Assembly: GCA_964016885.1 (NCBI GenBank)
Contig: OZ024753.1
Coordinates: forward strand, 40,300,001-40,364,000
From: Eledone cirrhosa
Lineage: Eukaryota
Length of the DNA: 64,000 nt
Reading direction: 5' to 3'
The translations under genes were made by a program, and so were the position numbers. How positions within the stretch are numbered: position 1 is the stretch's first letter; each line of letters begins with the position of its first letter. This document shows, in pieces, positions 59,737 to 64,000 of the stretch. The notes under the pieces are model-generated. The model saw nothing but the letters and a program-made list of their open reading frames with translations, made no database searches and was not told the DNA's origin.

Positions 59737-60684
59737 TTTTTTTTACTAAAAAATACGTTTTGTTTTTTATATCCTTTCAAAGTAACAGCTGGATCGTATG
59801 TATCATTTTTAATACCAATATATACCCCACAAACAAGGGGAAATTGCGAGGTACATATCCACCCGTATATCTGTGCTAAGTATTTCGAGCTGGCCTGGAG
59901 AGGGATGGGTTTCGTCAGGCTTAAAATGCCCTAGAAACGACGTGTGTCAATACAACTCCCTTATGACTCTATCAGGTGCTACGAGACCATCATAACATTT
60001 GAAGCTGTGAAACATAAGTGAGGGGCATGGGGACAATATTGTACCTTAACTTTTTATACTTGATTCAAGATATGCCAGCGTAGGTTATCAATGCAAGAGC
60101 AACATTGCACGGGATGTGTGTGTGTGTGTATGTGTGCTTGTTTAGGTGTGTGTGTGTATGATACATTTATATCAGGCCTGCAAAACTCTAAAAATCCAAA
60201 CCGGGAGTACCATAAAAAAAGTGCCCCAAACGGGAAGAAATGAGGCAAAATGGGGGATTTTACGTAACGAAAGCTATAGCTATTTTCACAAGAGACGACA
60301 TCTCTCACCCACCCCAAAATGGGTGGGAGGTCTCCCGGTCGGACGGAGAGATTTGACAGATCTAGTGTGTATTATGTATTTATATAGAATTTAAGAGAGG
60401 CAGGATAGTGAGTTAACTATATATTATAGATTAATACATTCTTTTTAAATTTCAAAGCATTCTTATATATACGTATGATTGTATTGTAATGTGCATGTGT
60501 GTGTATGTTTTTGTATGTATCTTTGTATCTGTGTCTCTATGTGTTTGTGTCTGTGTTTGCGTGTATAAAATTTCATACAGCATTACCTAACCTCTCAAGA
60601 ACGAAATATCAGAATATCAGTAGTAGTAGGTATGAATATATTATAAATGATATAACAATAACAATAATAATAACAAAGACAACA

Positions 60685-60691
60685 ACTACTA

Positions 60692-60749
<58 letters not shown>

Positions 60750-60765
60750 GCTACTACTACTACAA
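60685..60765. repeat. (CTA)n microsatellite
   Basis: Direct reading. Confidence 0.95.
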
Positions 60766-60859
60766 CAAACAATCAAAGCTCTGTTCTGTTTTATTTGTTC
60801 CGTTCAGTTTCGGCCTGAAAGACTTAAATAAAATAATCATAAAAGAGCCAAGCATATCT

Positions 60860-61424
60860 GATAATTGTTTCTACTTTTGGCACAATGCCAGCAATTATCC
60901 CAGTGCATTACTGGTACTTTATTTTATCGACCCCGTAAGGATGAAAGGCAAAGTTAACTTTGGCGGGATTTGAACTCAGTATGGAAAGGGCCGTAACTCC
61001 AATCGTAACTACCAGTCGATGACAATGTATATATATGTAATTTGGAAAGGGAGGGGTAAATCGATTAAATCGACCCCAGTGCGTGACTGGTACTTTATTT
61101 CATCGACCCGGTAAGGATGAAAGGCAAAGTTAACCTCGGCGGGATTTGAACTCAGACCGTAAAGGGACGTAACTATGCTGGAAAGCATGGCGTCCGACCC
61201 TCTACCGATAGTGCCAATCCACCGCCCTAATAATTGTTTCTACTTTTGGCACAAGGCCAGCAATTACCCAGTACATTACTGGTACTTTATTTTATCGACC
61301 CGGTAAGGATGAAAGGCAAAGTTAAACTCGGCGGGATTTGAACTCAGACTCAGACCGTAAAGGGACGTAACTATGCTGGAAAGCATGGCGTCCGACCCTC
61401 TACCGATACTGACAATTCACCGCC
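60860..61424 (-). mobile_element. SINE trimer bounded by one TSD
   Basis: Three SINE bodies; gccaagcatatctgataat at 60847-60865 and 61422-61440. Confidence 0.8.
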
Positions 61425-61731
61425 AAGCATATCTGATAATAAAGCCTAAAGAGAACAAACAAAAACCAAAACTATCTAAGCCAGAAGAAATGAAGCTAAG
61501 CCAAGCCTGGCCAGGCCAGCCCAATCTAAGTAGAATAAATAAATGGTAGAGATAATAGGACTCAATTAATGTCGGGAACATGATCTTTCTTTACGCACCC
61601 AACAATGGCATTCTTGAGAATTGTTACTGCTATCAGTCCACCTGTTATTCATGTCACAAGATATCTAGCAGATTAATAAGATAATGACGTCTTTTATCAT
61701 ATTTTATTCTATTTGTTTATTTATTATTGGT

Positions 61732-61812
<81 letters not shown>

Positions 61813-61925
61813 ATGTATATAAAAATATATGTATATAAATGTAAATATATGTATATGTATATAATATATATATATACATATATATATTGTTATGTATATA
61901 AAAATATATGTATATAATATATATA

Positions 61926-61985
<60 letters not shown>

Positions 61986-62042
61986 GTATATGTGTATGTA
62001 TATGTATATGTGTGTATGTATATATATGTGTGTATGTATATA

Positions 62043-62150
<108 letters not shown>

Positions 62151-62279
62151 CAGAGAGAGAGAGAGGGAGAGAGACAGAGAGAGAGAGAGAGAGATGTGTG
62201 TGTGTGTATGTGTGTGAGAGAGAGAGAGAGTGTTTGTGTGTGTGAGAGAGAGAGAGAGTGTGTGTGTGAAAGAGACAGA

Positions 62280-62315
<36 letters not shown>

Positions 62316-62383
62316 CAGTGTATGTGTGTGTGTGTGAGAGAGAGAGAGAGTGTGTGTGTGTGTCTGTGTGTGTGAGAGAGAGA

Positions 62384-62414
<31 letters not shown>

Positions 62415-62713
62415 TGTGTGTGTGTGTGTGTTCGTGTGTCTGTTAGTATTTATGAGTGTAAGAAGTGCTTAAGCATTTGTACGCATTTCTGAATAAAAGT
62501 ATTTGTATTCACTGTATAATTAGATATGTTCCGTAGACACTGACTACCCCCCCCACCCCCACCCCACCCCACACACACGCGCGCACACACACACACACGC
62601 ATATTCATATGAATGCATACAAGCAGATGTCTATGTGTTATATAGATATATAGATAGGCGAATATATATGTATGGGTATATAAATGTATCGGTGGGACGT
62701 ATTTATACACGTA

Positions 62714-62765
<52 letters not shown>

Positions 62766-62839
62766 TATATAACCAAAAGTTAGACAAGACTGGAATTGAA
62801 CCATCAGCAGAGTTGAGGTATGTCAGACATCAATTTATA

Positions 62840-62905
62840 TATTTTATCTGATGAGGACGTAATGAGGAAACAGCACAGTACCTTTGAAATATATATAATA
62901 AAATA
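62840..62905 (+). ncRNA. Diverged family C hammerhead motif
   Basis: TATTTTAT-CTGATGA-(weak stem II)-GAAA-TATATA-TA-ATAAAATA. Confidence 0.5.
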
Positions 62906-62966
62906 TCTTTGATTACATGAATGTCTATATTTATTAATATTTTGAATTAACACACACACACACACA

Positions 62967-63083
<117 letters not shown>

Positions 63084-63170
63084 CGAGAGAGAGAGAGAGA
63101 GAGAGAGAGATGTGTATATATGTATGGGTATATGAATGTATTGGTATGTATTGGTATGTATTAGTACATA

Positions 63171-63275
63171 TACAGAATGTCCTAAAAAAATGTATATACA
63201 CTTCAACAGTATTCTAATAAATATTGCCTCTACAGGTAATCAAAGTGTGTATACAATTTTTTGCGACAAACTATA
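63171..63275. mobile_element. Tc1-like MITE
   Basis: cagaatgtcctaaaaaaatgtatatacactt / aagtgtgtatacaattttttgcgaca inverted ends, TA flanks. Confidence 0.5.
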
Positions 63276-63492
63276 TACATATGTAGGAGGGTCGGCTGAA
63301 TGTTAGAGCTGTGAAATCTTGCTTGCTTTCAATTCAACTCTTTTTATTAATAACATCATTGTTACTTTCCAGTGACTATGTTGAAGAATAAACGTCATTT
63401 GGTCATTCCATGAGAGTATCTTGGTCAGCCTATGAACTGTTTAGTCAACCCACGTATTTATCGGTATAGGACATATTTCTTTCTCTGTAGGA

Positions 63493-63962
63493 CAGTGGTT
63501 CTCAACCTTTATTTTTGCCAACGGCACACATTGGAACACATGATAAAATAGCGGCCAACCTGGTTAAATATATATGAAAAATATTTGAATTTTACGAAAT
63601 AAAAACATGGCAAGTCATAGACGGTACTCAATCGTAGGAACAGACTAGTCATCGACACATTGAATGATTCAAACTAAATAAAGAAAAACACAGCTATGAA
63701 CTTACTTTATCGCAGTGTTTCGAATTTCATCAGTCACATAGCTGGCTTCTTTAGTGAGAAATCTGGCTTTTATTCATAATTTCCTCAATGTTTGGTCGAA
63801 TATGAGACAGACACAACCTCATTTCTTCTCCCGTTGTACGTAACCTTTCACGCTTCTTATTTTTAATGTTGTTTAATGTTGAGAAGCCTTTTCTTAGTGT
63901 ACCGTTCAAAATTTCGTGGCACACTTAAGAAGATCTCGCGGCACACTGGTTGAGAATCACTG
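63493..63962 (-). mobile_element. hAT (Charlie/Buster-like) deletion derivative
   Basis: TIRs cagtggttctcaacc / ggttgagaatcactg; flanks ctgtagga / ctgtagag; minus strand 63750-63888 GFSTLNNIKNKKRERL..EEMRLCLSHIRPNI..SQISH* is a hAT transposase C-terminus. Confidence 0.85.
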
Positions 63963-64000
63963 CTGTAGAGTTATGCCCAGTCTTTAAAGATAATCTCATG

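Overview
Repeat-dominated, AT-rich animal genomic DNA, most likely from an octopod cephalopod (inferred from the SINE and RTE families and the extreme (TA)n/(CA)n/(GA)n load). No intact protein-coding gene is supported; almost all listed ORFs are microsatellite translations. Contents: about 25 tRNA-SINE copies, RTE-clade LINE relics and a bipartite non-autonomous RTE, hAT and Tc1/mariner MITEs, and a Helitron-like relic. The main signal is at least ten families of short modules inserted in (TA)n tracts, usually as fold-back pairs with a one-sided tail, the architecture of Penelope-like element (PLE) pseudo-LTRs. Most carry type I hammerhead ribozyme motifs: about 25 complete or near-complete folds read by eye, with covarying palindromic stem III and one U3-A8 core variant. 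One hammerhead sits in each unit of an apparently identical 485-bp tandem array (13012-14698), a retrozyme-like layout predicted to release unit-length, circularisable RNA. All folds were read manually and are untested; boundaries are approximate unless sequence is quoted.
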